The notes under the pieces: generated by a model
What the model was told of the DNA's origin: nothing
Database searches by the model: none
What the model saw: the letters and a program-made list of their open reading frames with translations, nothing else
Virus record (IMG/VR): IMGVR_UViG_3300005529_000009
Span: 827 to 64,826 of that record
Origin: a virus
Taxonomy: Duplodnaviria; Caudoviricetes
Strand: one strand, 5' to 3'
DNA length: 64,000 nucleotides
Part shown: piece after piece, positions 28,224 through 37,820 of the stretch
Numbering within the stretch: the stretch's first letter is position 1
How the letters are laid out: each line of letters begins with the position of its first letter
Program-made: the position numbers and the translations under genes

Positions 28224-28806
28224 GATAGAGAATCCCGATCCCCATCAAAGAATCCTCGGTAATGATTTCCTCGTGGCGATATTTACGTTTGATCTCTTGC
28301 CACAAACGGGGGACATCAACCGAAAGCCCATCGTGCGATTGCACTTCGGAAGGCGCCGCGATGTCATGCAAAACAACCATCCGTGCCATTGGTGAATAGA
28401 ACAGGAAGTCCCGCTTTACGGCCTCGTAGCTGTGGTCCGCATCAATAACCACGGCGTGATAAGGGGCGTGCTCACTTACCCGCTTGATGACTTCCGCCGC
28501 ACTACTCGGCCCAAAGACCGCGCTGACATCCCGGCCGATGGATTTAAGCCTCTTTAATGCAGCCAGGAGGATCGCCGTAGAACCATCATCGCCAAAAGGA
28601 CCGCCGGGAAAATCCACGGCAACGCCTCTTGAACCCATGGGCAACGCTTGCATAATCCGTTCAAAGCTGCCCCCATACCGCGCTCCGATTTCCAGATAGG
28701 AGCGAACCCCCTCCCTCTGAAACACTTCAATCAGGCGATCAAGCTCGTCGGGATGCTGTAGCGGTTTGGCGTAGGACTCATTGGCAATGCCGGGAAACAT
28801 ATTCAT
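28216..28806 (-). CDS. class I SAM-dependent methyltransferase (Methyltransf_24-like)
   Basis: YLEIGARYGGS, IDADHSYEAVKRD and VVLHD. Confidence 0.85.
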   Translation of the reverse strand: MNMFPGIANESYAKPLQHPDELDRLIEVFQREGVRSYLEIGARYGGSFERIMQALPMGSRGVAVDFPGGPFGDDGSTAILLAALKRLKSIGRDVSAVFGPSSAAEVIKRVSEHAPYHAVVIDADHSYEAVKRDFLFYSPMARMVVLHDIAAPSEVQSHDGLSVDVPRLWQEIKRKYRHEEIITEDSLMGIGILYRA

Positions 28807-29840
28807 GCGGCGCTCACCAATTTCGAGTCCCACGCCGCTACCAAGTTCTCATATGTATCCGGCTTCCAGATAATACGCTGGTTCTGTTTCGCCCAAGGAT
28901 ACTGCTCCCCGAAGGACATGCCCGCAGTTTTCTGCCAGAAATCCTCCGCCTCCTTTGGATCGATCGTTACGAATTGCATCCACGGTGCGTCGGAAAAGAC
29001 GGCTAGACTCACTGGCCCGTTGGAAACAAAGAAGTTCATCTTCGCTTCGTCGTATAGGGCTAGACGGTCCTCCAAGTTGACAGAGGCCTCCGGGCAGGTC
29101 TTAAGACCGCGGAATGATTCAAATGCCTTGCTCGTATCGCGAACAACAACGACCTTTTCCCCTACACCCTCGAGATACCGCCCGAACTGATACCAGTCGT
29201 TCAATCGGCTATTGCGTTCCGACCAATGATCGGCCTCGCGGAGCGTAATAGTGATGTAGCCGGGGAAGAGAGATTTCTTGCTCGGGATGAATTTCGGGAC
29301 TTCTTCACCATCCCGCGCCGCTTGAACCACGTCCTTGACGACGTAGCTTTCCTTGTACCAGCCGTGCGGGTCGGCAACCTCAACCCCGCCGAACATCTTT
29401 AACAGCGGCCGGAAGATATTATTGAGGTAGTTTTGTCTTGCTTCCCGCTGCGGAATCCCGTCCGGGTTTCTTCCCTCCCAGAAGCAGACTTTCAAAGGAC
29501 CGTCAGCCTTGAAGCGCTTTCGGGTCATTTCCGCGTTGATCAGCCAGACCAGAAAATCGAACCCCAGCGGACACGTCAGCATCGAGTAGACAAAGTAGCT
29601 GGCGTCGAGAACCGGATTTCTGGGAGGAAGCATCCAGTTTTCCATCGACTGCCGCAATTGACCGCCGATGTTTGTTATGGCCTCCAATAAGAGATATTGC
29701 ATGGTGATGTGGCCGCCATGCCCGCCATAGGGCACGCCGGTTTTCCCCACCATCGTCACCGCGGCGGCTTCGTAGGGGTTCTTTTTGGCTTCGTCCAGAT
29801 AATGCTGGAGAAAGTCAACAATCTGCTGATTGGCTGCCAC
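28803..29840 (-). CDS. glycosyltransferase-like protein (GT-B-like), paralogue 2
   Basis: PLGFDFLVWLI.AEM.R, YITITLREADHW..RNS and FFVSNGP. Confidence 0.55.
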   Translation of the reverse strand: MAANQQIVDFLQHYLDEAKKNPYEAAAVTMVGKTGVPYGGHGGHITMQYLLLEAITNIGGQLRQSMENWMLPPRNPVLDASYFVYSMLTCPLGFDFLVWLINAEMTRKRFKADGPLKVCFWEGRNPDGIPQREARQNYLNNIFRPLLKMFGGVEVADPHGWYKESYVVKDVVQAARDGEEVPKFIPSKKSLFPGYITITLREADHWSERNSRLNDWYQFGRYLEGVGEKVVVVRDTSKAFESFRGLKTCPEASVNLEDRLALYDEAKMNFFVSNGPVSLAVFSDAPWMQFVTIDPKEAEDFWQKTAGMSFGEQYPWAKQNQRIIWKPDTYENLVAAWDSKLVSAA

Positions 29841-29864
29841 GTCTCACCTTTATTTGCCTAGTCC

Positions 29865-30371
29865 CTAGGCGACATTCGCCACCGTGACCCCGTTCGGGGG
29901 GCTTGCGGAGGAAGGAAGTGGAATGTTGATGCTGACTGTATTGTTTGAGGTATTGACCGAGAGAACTTCGACCTGGGCGAAGTTGCCATTGTTCATCTGC
30001 ACAGTGATGAACTGATCGACGGAAAATCCACTTACGGACGCGAGATAAAGTGTGGACGCGCCGGAAGCGGCATATTGCGCTAACTGTGTAGACGCTGGGC
30101 TGCTTTCGTCCGCCGTAAAAGCCTCTACACTAGCAAATTGGATAGGGAGCGGGTCTGGCGGGAGAATAATAGTCAAAAGCTGAGGCTGCGGCGTGTCGAG
30201 GCAAGTTCTGCAAAAAAGCAGGTATTTGTTTATCAGTTGCGTTCCGGTGTAATCATATTGCCACGAGAGACTTCGAAAATTCTCCCAAATTCCGCAACGC
30301 TGACACACGCCAAATGCTGATGGGTCAGAAGAATTAGCGATAGCCCTCCCGGCGCGCGATGCGTAAGCCAT
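29865..30371 (-). CDS. conserved phage protein with two CxxC motifs
   Basis: AFGVCQRCG...CRTCLD.PQPQL. Confidence 0.7.
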   Translation of the reverse strand: MAYASRAGRAIANSSDPSAFGVCQRCGIWENFRSLSWQYDYTGTQLINKYLLFCRTCLDTPQPQLLTIILPPDPLPIQFASVEAFTADESSPASTQLAQYAASGASTLYLASVSGFSVDQFITVQMNNGNFAQVEVLSVNTSNNTVSINIPLPSSASPPNGVTVANVA

Positions 30372-30859
30372 CAGGCGGCCCTTGCAAACTCGCCAAAGGC
30401 AGCGCGAGCCTCCTTCAGATATGCGTCATGCGCCAACTCTGGACTGTCGTAGATCCCGAGGTATTTGGTTTTTCCGCAGAGGTGGATGTAAGACACCCAC
30501 TTATTGTGATGCTTGACTACGCCCTTATAGCCACTTTTGTTGTTTGGTCGGCGCCTCATATTTCCAGCATTCTGCTGGGGCCGCGCTTCGCGCAAATTAC
30601 ACCAACGATTATCCGACCTCTCACCGTTTATGTGGTCGATATCTTCTGGCCATCGACCGACCATCAATACAAATGCGATGCGATGTGCAAAGGTGTGCAT
30701 ACCGTCGATGCTTAGTTCGATGTAACCACCAGAATGTTTGCTACCCGCAATCTTTCCAGCGCGAACACGAGGCCGAGCTTTCCACCGGAGTAACCCAGTG
30801 TCAGGATCGTAGACGATTAACTCTCTCAGGCGCTCAACGCTGAGCATTTGACTCCTCAC
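30371..30859 (-). CDS. HNH homing endonuclease (HNH + AP2-like)
   Basis: AHRIAF...IDHINGERSDNRWCNLR; SGYKGV. Confidence 0.9.
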   Translation of the reverse strand: MRSQMLSVERLRELIVYDPDTGLLRWKARPRVRAGKIAGSKHSGGYIELSIDGMHTFAHRIAFVLMVGRWPEDIDHINGERSDNRWCNLREARPQQNAGNMRRRPNNKSGYKGVVKHHNKWVSYIHLCGKTKYLGIYDSPELAHDAYLKEARAAFGEFARAA

Positions 30860-31542
30860 GGCCTAAAATAATTATCCAGGGCCGGCGACACATACAACGG
30901 CACATTCTCAGTGTACTGTTTGGAGAATTTGCCCCAAGCGTCGAGATAGTCTGCCTTGCGGATCGCCTCTAGCGATGGAGCGAAGTGCCTTGCTAAGCGA
31001 TACGCGAGTCCTGCGGCAAAGGCGTCAAGCGCAAGGTAAGGAACGTCTGGCTGGTTTCCGCCTGCAAACGTCGCATCTTGAATTTGACTGTAGGACCAGA
31101 AGTTCAACGTATAGGTCGCATTGCCATCGGGAATTGGCCAAAGTGTAATAGTTGGGGAGAGGATACGATCAAACCAATATGAAGTCGGAAAGCCTTGTTG
31201 CGTCGGATACGAGAGCGAGGCGTAATCAGTTCGCGAGAATGGGGTGATGAACCGATTGAGTGCGGGTGAGTCGACGGAGATGTACGCTTCCGTTATCATC
31301 ACGACGCTAGACGGAATGCTGTAAGTGCCCGTGCCCTGTGTCAATGCCTGCTGTTGTAGAGTTTCCTTCCACAACAGAATGCCGTCATTGGCCCATTCAG
31401 CTTGAAGAAGATTGCCTTCGAGCCTGAGTTGTAGGCAATGGTCCTGGGTCAGGGCCGCAGGCTTGATCTGAATACGCGACCATGCGTTTAATGCGAGGTC
31501 GGCAATTGATGGGGCGAATGCGGTAGTCCCACTCGTCGTCAT
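30856..31542 (-). CDS. head-tail connector/adaptor
   Basis: MTTSGT, EWANDGILLW, QGFPTSYWFDR and LWPIPD. Confidence 0.7.
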   Translation of the reverse strand: MTTSGTTAFAPSIADLALNAWSRIQIKPAALTQDHCLQLRLEGNLLQAEWANDGILLWKETLQQQALTQGTGTYSIPSSVVMITEAYISVDSPALNRFITPFSRTDYASLSYPTQQGFPTSYWFDRILSPTITLWPIPDGNATYTLNFWSYSQIQDATFAGGNQPDVPYLALDAFAAGLAYRLARHFAPSLEAIRKADYLDAWGKFSKQYTENVPLYVSPALDNYFRP

Positions 31543-32201
31543 CAGTTGCCGAAGCCCAACCCAGCCTGCAGTACGGTAATGGTCGCGTAAGATGAGGTCG
31601 TGTTGGTCGTTTGCGTCAGCCGCAGTGCAGTAACGGGAAACGAAAACGTATTGGTTGCGTCCAAGTTGGTCGTCTTGTTCGACATAATCGCATTGACCCA
31701 CAACGCTGGGAACACACCATTCACCGGATTGTTGAGGTCTTCGTAGGTATATTCGACGTTGTACGTGATCGTTCCGCTGACGACGACACTCACCCCGAGA
31801 TTAAGCGGCGTGGTATGGTAATCAGCGTTGAACCACGGCGTAGACGCAACGCCATTCGTACCAGCTTCGACGTTTCCAGAAGTCGCCGCATCGACCGAAA
31901 TCTGCGTGACTGTCTTGAAGTCGTTACTGGTATAAACGGCAGAGCCGTTCGTGCCCTTAATGGCTTCGCTGATATTTTGCTTAGTCCGATTGGTGCCGTA
32001 GATAGTAAAAGTCCGCGCCGTTTCGTTGCTGGTCGTGGTGATTGCAACGCGGCGCGGATTGTCAAGTGTTGCCACCCCGCCAGACACCAGCGAGCCGGAC
32101 AAAGTAAGATTGGTGGCTTGCGCGGGTGCCTGGGCGGTAGCGATGCCATTGGTCGTCAATGGCGACAACGGCCCAAGTTGGGTGAACCAAGGATTGGCCA
32201 T
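31542..32201 (-). CDS. virion structural protein
   Basis: Thr-rich beta protein downstream of the capsid genes. Confidence 0.65.
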   Translation of the reverse strand: MANPWFTQLGPLSPLTTNGIATAQAPAQATNLTLSGSLVSGGVATLDNPRRVAITTTSNETARTFTIYGTNRTKQNISEAIKGTNGSAVYTSNDFKTVTQISVDAATSGNVEAGTNGVASTPWFNADYHTTPLNLGVSVVVSGTITYNVEYTYEDLNNPVNGVFPALWVNAIMSNKTTNLDATNTFSFPVTALRLTQTTNTTSSYATITVLQAGLGFGN

Positions 32202-32462
32202 TTAGCCCTTCCCAATATTTGGGTACTTTGCGTGAACCTTCCGGCGCACAGCAGCTTGCTCTGACGGAGAGCCGTGCTGTGCAACGCGCGCCAAGGCGTT
32301 ACGAGCGTGAGAAGCATCCGGGATTGGATAGCTTCCCGCACCCGCCCCCTTCGGACCTTCGCCCTTACCTGGAAGGGCGAAGTCCGATTTGGGCAGATGC
32401 TGACGCTCGCCAGCGGTCAAACGACCGCCGCTTGCGCGTTTATCGGCCGCCGCCGAGCTCAG
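32202..32462 (-). CDS. small basic protein (LPKSDFALP...YPIPD..HARNALAR), apparent CTG start
   Basis: Only the 3' part of ORF 32202-32945 looks coding; CTG overlaps the upstream TGA. Confidence 0.6.
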   Translation of the reverse strand: MSSAAADKRASGGRLTAGERQHLPKSDFALPGKGEGPKGAGAGSYPIPDASHARNALARVAQHGSPSEQAAVRRKVHAKYPNIGKG

Positions 32463-32776
32463 TCCCGGACGTGTTCTCCGGCATCCGAGCCGACGTGATG
32501 CACCTTCGCTGCCGAGCTGAGTGGGTGCTGGTCTGCGCCAGTCCTCCCACCTTTCGCCCGGCCGCCGCGACGGAACTTGTCCTGATGGTGCTTGGTACGT
32601 CCGCCTTCGGCCTTCATGTGGTGCATGGAGTGCTTCTTGACTTTGGCATGGACAGAACCGCCGTGCTTGCGCTCTTCGCCTTCCGCTTCCTTGCGGACGT
32701 TGGAATCGCCGCCGGCATAGTAATCGGCCTTGCCGCCGTCTTTCTTTTTCTCGTGGTGCTTGTGACGATGCTTCAT
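32459..32776 (-). CDS. small Lys/His-rich protein with repeated xGG motifs
   Basis: AAGGA RBS; six xGG motifs. Confidence 0.7.
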   Translation of the reverse strand: MKHRHKHHEKKKDGGKADYYAGGDSNVRKEAEGEERKHGGSVHAKVKKHSMHHMKAEGGRTKHHQDKFRRGGRAKGGRTGADQHPLSSAAKVHHVGSDAGEHVRD

Positions 32777-32787
32777 GGAAGTTGTCC

Positions 32788-33756
32788 TTAAGTTGCCGCA
32801 ACGGCAATGCCGGCAAGGGCCGTGCTATTGGTGCCGCCGGTTGAGATGCCGACAATGTAGGTTGACGTGCCGGAGGTCGCGATCGCCGTCGCCCCGAGGC
32901 TGATGCTGTTCGGCGTGAGCAATGCCGCCCCGCCGTTCGTCGCATTGATAGCCAATGCCACGCTGATGTTCGTCGCGTTCGTCATCAAAGCGTCATTGAT
33001 GAACTGACAATCATCAAACAGGAAATAACCGCTGATGGTATTCGACAGCGCGGTCACATGCGTATTGCCGACAATCACCGATTGCATCGGGAAAACGCAA
33101 CTCTGGAACTTTGAAGATCCAGCACCTGCCAACAACCCAACCGTGGCGTTGGCATTCGTGCCGCGCGCCACTGCATCACCGCCGATGATGCAATTCTGAA
33201 AGGTGTTGTTGGTCGAGGCCATCGTCAATGCGCGTGTGCCGGCGGCGTTTGCCGCTAGAGCAGCACCACACTGATTGATATTGCAGTTGATATACGTGTT
33301 CTGGCCGCCGGCCTCCGCCCACGCAACCTGATTGGTCGCCTGTGCGATACCACTGAGAACCGAGACGTTCTGGAAGATGCATCCAGTTGCCGTTACGTTA
33401 ACCAGTGGGGTAATGGCACCCGAACTTGCCGCCGTATTGGCAACCGAGATCGAAGCCGTGCCGTAGTTGCCTCCGGTCAGCCCGATCAGGTGGGTGTTGT
33501 TCTTGGACCACGTAAGGGTTGCTGTCGGGCTATAGGTGCCCGTCAGGAAGATCACGTCGTTGTTGCCCGCTGTCGCAGCCGTCAGGGCTTGCGTCAGCGT
33601 GGCAAACGGGTCTTGCGGCCCGCCAGTATTGCCGTCCGAACCTGTGGTGGCATTTACCCAGAAGTAGTTTCCACCAAACGGCAACATGCTCGACACGCCA
33701 TAAAGCGGCATGCCGAACTGGCAGACCAAATAGTTGAGGTCTGAATTTCCAGCCAT
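32788..33756 (-). CDS. beta-helix (pectin-lyase-like) capsid-associated protein
   Basis: WVNATTGSDGNTG..DPFATL..A....AGNNDVI; repeated FxNC strands. Confidence 0.7.
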   Translation of the reverse strand: MAGNSDLNYLVCQFGMPLYGVSSMLPFGGNYFWVNATTGSDGNTGGPQDPFATLTQALTAATAGNNDVIFLTGTYSPTATLTWSKNNTHLIGLTGGNYGTASISVANTAASSGAITPLVNVTATGCIFQNVSVLSGIAQATNQVAWAEAGGQNTYINCNINQCGAALAANAAGTRALTMASTNNTFQNCIIGGDAVARGTNANATVGLLAGAGSSKFQSCVFPMQSVIVGNTHVTALSNTISGYFLFDDCQFINDALMTNATNISVALAINATNGGAALLTPNSISLGATAIATSGTSTYIVGISTGGTNSTALAGIAVAAT

Positions 33757-33771
33757 GTTGGTATGCCTTTC

Positions 33772-34701
33772 TTACGAAGTTGGCGTGTTGCCGTACAGCG
33801 CGCGAGGATCGTTGTAGTTGAAGCTAAAACGCTCGAACGCCTTGACGAGCAAGTTGTCCGTGGTGAAGTCAACCTGCAAATCCATCTCGAACGGAATGCG
33901 CTCGAGATAAAGCAGGCCTGGTACGTCAGTCTTGATGTACCAAGGATACTGCGAGGTGAAGAACACGTTCTTCACGTAGTCGGTGATGCCGCCAGCCGTT
34001 GAGGGAATGGCGTTGACATCGTTCATCGCCGTACCCGGACGGAGGTCCGTTCTCAACAGACGGATCGCCACCGGCTCGTTCTGCGGATGAATAACGAGCA
34101 ACTTGCCCGTTGCCATCATGCGCAAGCCCGCGTTGTCGTAGAATCCGGTCTGAATGGAGATCATTGCATTAAGCAATGACGCTTCGTTCAAGTCCGCCTG
34201 AATAGAGGGCGTATTGGCGAAAGTCGAAACGCCATTCGAGCCACCGGGCGGGATCGGATGCGCCGTGTTCAGAAGCGAGACGCCATCGCCAACGACTGTG
34301 GCGTCGTAGGTGGTTGCGTTGTTGAACACGTTCGCGCCGTAGATTTCCTTGGTCTGCGCATAGGAACGTTGCAGGCCAAGGTTATTCGGCCGGAACTGCG
34401 ACTTATACAGGTTGTCGTCGATGGTGTTGCGGGTGATCGCATAACCCAATCCAATACCAACATGGATCTGGTTATAGACAAACGCCTCACCCGAGTTGTT
34501 GTCGAAGAACGTGTTACCGCCGTCGTTCTTGACTTGAGCGAGAGGAAGGTAGCGCATGGAAGCGGTACGTTCCTGGTTCATTTCAGATTTGCCGGTGTCG
34601 AACAGCTTGCCCCAGATATTGGGCCACTGCGTATATTCACCGACAACACCGCGGAGTCCCGGTTTCAGGAGGTCCGCGATAGCACCAAGATTGATAGCCA
34701 T
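33772..34701 (-). CDS. major capsid protein
   Basis: LLKPGL, LGYAITR..IDDNLY, GDGVSL..TAHP, ERFSF..DPR; AAGGAG RBS. Confidence 0.85.
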   Translation of the reverse strand: MAINLGAIADLLKPGLRGVVGEYTQWPNIWGKLFDTGKSEMNQERTASMRYLPLAQVKNDGGNTFFDNNSGEAFVYNQIHVGIGLGYAITRNTIDDNLYKSQFRPNNLGLQRSYAQTKEIYGANVFNNATTYDATVVGDGVSLLNTAHPIPPGGSNGVSTFANTPSIQADLNEASLLNAMISIQTGFYDNAGLRMMATGKLLVIHPQNEPVAIRLLRTDLRPGTAMNDVNAIPSTAGGITDYVKNVFFTSQYPWYIKTDVPGLLYLERIPFEMDLQVDFTTDNLLVKAFERFSFNYNDPRALYGNTPTS

Positions 34702-34713
34702 TGCGAATGCTCC

Positions 34714-35301
34714 TTACGAAATACCGGTGATACCGGTTTTGTAGATCATGTTGTTGAATGCGACCTCTAGCCAGTTGTAGCCGGAAGTAGCGACGGGATC
34801 GGTGGGGCCGTTCGGAACGCCGGTGATGATGAACGGATACGTATTCGACGTTGACACGGCATTGATGTACATGCCGGAGAAGCCGGTATTCGTTGCTCCC
34901 GTCCCGACTGCGAGTTGCGCGTTCTGGCCTACATCGGCAAACGGGAATCCCGCCGAAGATGCTTGAACGAGAAACTTCGCAAACGGGTCGTCACAGACAA
35001 ACGCCGTGATGTCGCCGTTCGCGTCGGTCGTGCCGGGCCACCAGCGGGAATAGATGATCTGCTTCGTGGCAACGGACTGATACGAACAACCGTAGAAGAT
35101 GCCGGCGAGGGCAACGGTGCCGGCCGTGGCTTGAGTGATGTAACCGTTAGCAGAGCCGGTCACCGGAACAACCGCATCGCCGTAATAGATCGCCGTCGAG
35201 TTGGTCGAGGAGATCAAACGATTGGTAATGCGGTAGTTGGAGGTGCCGCCGCCAAGAGTGCTGCTTTGGGAAAACCCAAAGGGCGCATTGGAATTGGCCA
35301 T
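34714..35301 (-). CDS. capsid decoration/cement protein
   Basis: MANSNAPFGF, IYYGDAV, GIFYGC and DDP..F.VQ. Confidence 0.75.
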   Translation of the reverse strand: MANSNAPFGFSQSSTLGGGTSNYRITNRLISSTNSTAIYYGDAVVPVTGSANGYITQATAGTVALAGIFYGCSYQSVATKQIIYSRWWPGTTDANGDITAFVCDDPFAKFLVQASSAGFPFADVGQNAQLAVGTGATNTGFSGMYINAVSTSNTYPFIITGVPNGPTDPVATSGYNWLEVAFNNMIYKTGITGIS

Positions 35302-35433
35302 AGAAATGTCCTGTCATCGGCATCGCATGGTCCTCCATGAGCTTGCCAAGGTGAGTGTCGCGACCCGCGACAGGTTTTGAGATTGAGCTGACCGGCTAGC
35401 CTAGACAGTCAGGTGAGAGCCGCACATGCGGTT

Positions 35434-35946
35434 TTATTCTTCAACCGGAATCGGCCGCATTGCCTGTTCTTGAATGCCGCCGGGGTTGCCTTTGAAATTG
35501 CCAAACTCTTTTGGCGTAAGCCGTGAAACGCCGTTCTTTCGGTTCTGATCCTGGAGTTGCTGGTCGGCAAGGCGCTTGGTTTCGGCGCGGGCTTTCTCCT
35601 CAAGTTCCTTCGGCCGCGCCATCAACAACATGCCGTCCGTAATCGCCGGCCCAGCCGCGCCATCGGCATAGAGTTCATGGACTTCCTGCATATCGACGGG
35701 CTCAAAGCCCTGCCGCCGCATGAGTGCAAGATGCGAAACTTGTTCCTCGCCTTTAACGGTATGCGCCTTCCATTCAAATGAAATATCGGGATACCGCTCG
35801 CGAATTGAACTTGGTAATTCAAGGCGGTTCTGATTGGTGGCGAACTCGCGGGTTTTATTCCGCAGCCTATCACGCAATGAAGGACGGCTATTCTCACGCA
35901 ATGGAGGCCGCCCGGGGCCGCGCTTTTCGACAAATGTCTCGCTCAT
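35434..35946 (-). CDS. conserved head-module protein
   Basis: FEWK..., GFEPV and GMLLMARP; lies between scaffold and decoration genes. Confidence 0.7.
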   Translation of the reverse strand: MSETFVEKRGPGRPPLRENSRPSLRDRLRNKTREFATNQNRLELPSSIRERYPDISFEWKAHTVKGEEQVSHLALMRRQGFEPVDMQEVHELYADGAAGPAITDGMLLMARPKELEEKARAETKRLADQQLQDQNRKNGVSRLTPKEFGNFKGNPGGIQEQAMRPIPVEE

Positions 35947-36128
35947 GACGACACCAAATCGCCTTTCCAGGAGCCGCTAGGACATGTGTAAATGTAAGGG
36001 GAAAAAACAGCAGGCGACTTACCAAGTTCAGCAACGCGCTCTTTAATGCGCACCCACTGCTTAGGAGTGGGAATATTGATACATTCAGTATAACCGTCGA
36101 ACCACCATTTGAACTCTTCTGCGGTCAT
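35943..36128 (-). CDS. hypothetical protein
   Basis: ATGA-type coupling on both sides. Confidence 0.6.
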   Translation of the reverse strand: MTAEEFKWWFDGYTECINIPTPKQWVRIKERVAELGKSPAVFSPYIYTCPSGSWKGDLVSS

Positions 36129-36301
36129 TTATTGCTTTCCTCAAATGCTGTCGCGGCGTCTTGGACAATGTGGCGGATGGTGGCGGCAGATAACGGCGCG
36201 CAACTAGAAACGTCGTAAATCATCATATCCAGGCGTAGACGCGCACCCATCCGCATCAAATAATCGCCGATAGCGTTTTCTATTGCAGCTTCTTTGCTCA
36301 A
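36125..36301 (-). CDS. hypothetical protein
   Basis: TTG start overlaps the scaffold stop. Confidence 0.45.
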   Translation of the reverse strand: MSKEAAIENAIGDYLMRMGARLRLDMMIYDVSSCAPLSAATIRHIVQDAATAFEESNK

Positions 36302-37218
36302 TGCTGATAGCGGCCGATCTTGCCGTCCGCTTCCAAGGCTTTCAGGTTGTTCCAATAGTCAATCTCCCGCTCCCGTTCGGTTTTCTTCGGGTCGCCGTAA
36401 AGATGCGCGGCTTCGACCTGTTCTTTGGTCAAGGTAATGCGCTGGCGACCATTGGAAGAACCATCACGCGACACTGGAGCGGCCACGGGAGCTTGCCTTT
36501 GTTTCGGCGGAGGATCGTCCACTTGCTTCGGCGGATTAAGCTTCCCCTCGATATATGAGAAATATTCGGGAGTGTCGGGGCGGATGCCGTCGTCCTCGGA
36601 TGCATAGTGAGCTGCAAGTACGCGGCTGTGGAGTCGCGGCATACCGCGCCCGTCCTTGACCACCAAATCGCGATGCTGCCTTAGCCAAGCCTGGCTCGCG
36701 GGTGGAAACGCGCTGATGAATTGCTCGGTCGGATCCTGCTGAACTTGAGGCTGTTCAACACGCCCCTCGATACGCTGTCCTTGTGGAGGAACCGACGCCT
36801 TGATGTGCTCAAGCTGAACTAGGCGGGCACTGGCGAGAGCAATCGCCTTTTGGGCTTCCGCCGCCTTGTCCCATTCCCCGGCTTCCATGGCCCGTTTATA
36901 TTCGACGGTCGCCATATCGGTTTCGCGCGTGGCCGCTTCCATCGCCGTTGCAATGGTGTTCAACTGCTCGGACTGAACCTGCCCGCGGTATTGGGTTGCT
37001 TCCTGTTCCCGGTCTCGTGCTCTTTGCTCGGCGGCAACGCGTTCACGCCGTTCGGCCTCAGCGGTTTCCCGCGCCGCTTTCTCCGCCGCTTGGGCAGAGG
37101 CTAATTGCTGCTGGAGTTTTTCCGCTGCTTCGTCGGCGGCCGACTTGTCGGGTTCTTTCTTCTCGACAACTTCGACAGCCGGTTCCTTTTCAAGAGCTTT
37201 GATTTCTTCGTCGGTCAT
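36298..37218 (-). CDS. capsid scaffolding protein
   Basis: Glu/Ala/Gln coiled coil, AW...., PEYFSYIE and ITLT.EQ; position. Confidence 0.7.
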   Translation of the reverse strand: MTDEEIKALEKEPAVEVVEKKEPDKSAADEAAEKLQQQLASAQAAEKAARETAEAERRERVAAEQRARDREQEATQYRGQVQSEQLNTIATAMEAATRETDMATVEYKRAMEAGEWDKAAEAQKAIALASARLVQLEHIKASVPPQGQRIEGRVEQPQVQQDPTEQFISAFPPASQAWLRQHRDLVVKDGRGMPRLHSRVLAAHYASEDDGIRPDTPEYFSYIEGKLNPPKQVDDPPPKQRQAPVAAPVSRDGSSNGRQRITLTKEQVEAAHLYGDPKKTEREREIDYWNNLKALEADGKIGRYQH

Positions 37219-37622
37219 CAGTACACCACGTCCGGCTCGTCAAGAATCATGCGAATCTCAAAATCCCTGACTACGCGACAAAGCTGATTATGGAGCTGAG
37301 TTTTACGCCCGTCAGTCACCCACATTTGCACCCAATCGCCTACTTTGGCCTTTTCTTCTTCGTTGAACTTGTAGTCGTCGCTATCAACGAACGCCTGTGA
37401 GCCGAGCTTCAGAACCAATCCGACTTTGCCTTGGTGCTCATCTTCCTTCCGGGTAACATCAGAAAGGAAAATTCCTGAAGCAGTTTTTTCCGGTCGAAGA
37501 TAAACCCCGAGCAACACTTGATTGCCAGTTAAGCTACGTACACCCTTCAAATGCTTGACCCGATCCCAAATCTCCTTCGCGGGATCGTTTTCGTGTACCA
37601 TCTTCATTGCAGAAGGCATCAA
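37218..37622 (-). CDS. GroES-like co-chaperonin
   Basis: EKTASGIFL mobile loop, GLVLKLG and KVGDWV. Confidence 0.8.
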   Translation of the reverse strand: MMPSAMKMVHENDPAKEIWDRVKHLKGVRSLTGNQVLLGVYLRPEKTASGIFLSDVTRKEDEHQGKVGLVLKLGSQAFVDSDDYKFNEEEKAKVGDWVQMWVTDGRKTQLHNQLCRVVRDFEIRMILDEPDVVY

Positions 37623-37820
37623 TCACCCTTGATTGTCGTAGAGTTTGGATTCGACCTGTTCGCAGATAGCGATAACGTCCGTTATCGCCTGCAAGTAGCC
37701 GACGCGGTTTTTGTAGTCGTCAAATGACAATGCTATGCCGGAGCACAGCAGTCGTTTCAGTGGTTCGGTTTTTTCGTCCAGTTCGCGCCGCAGCGCGGCG
37801 TGAAAGCCGTCGCGGATCAC
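37623..37820 (-). CDS. small helical head-module protein
   Basis: SFDDYK..VG...A; coupled. Confidence 0.65.
   Translation of the reverse strand: MIRDGFHAALRRELDEKTEPLKRLLCSGIALSFDDYKNRVGYLQAITDVIAICEQVESKLYDNQG

Noticed and set aside
9207-30859. Recoded target duplications at the HNH genes 9207-9719 and 30371-30859
   Set aside because: Their termini show no match to neighbouring genes; they look like plain intergenic insertions
32459-32776. Programmed -1 frameshift at GAAAAAG
   Set aside because: Not a canonical X XXY YYZ heptamer, and a shift there would give about 90 residues of non-coding-looking sequence
31611-35340. Several long + strand ORFs opposite capsid-region genes
   Set aside because: Typical antisense open frames of high-GC3 genes
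37218-37622. GroES-like gene as a novelty
   Set aside because: Phage co-chaperonins in head modules are well known (T4 gp31 precedent)
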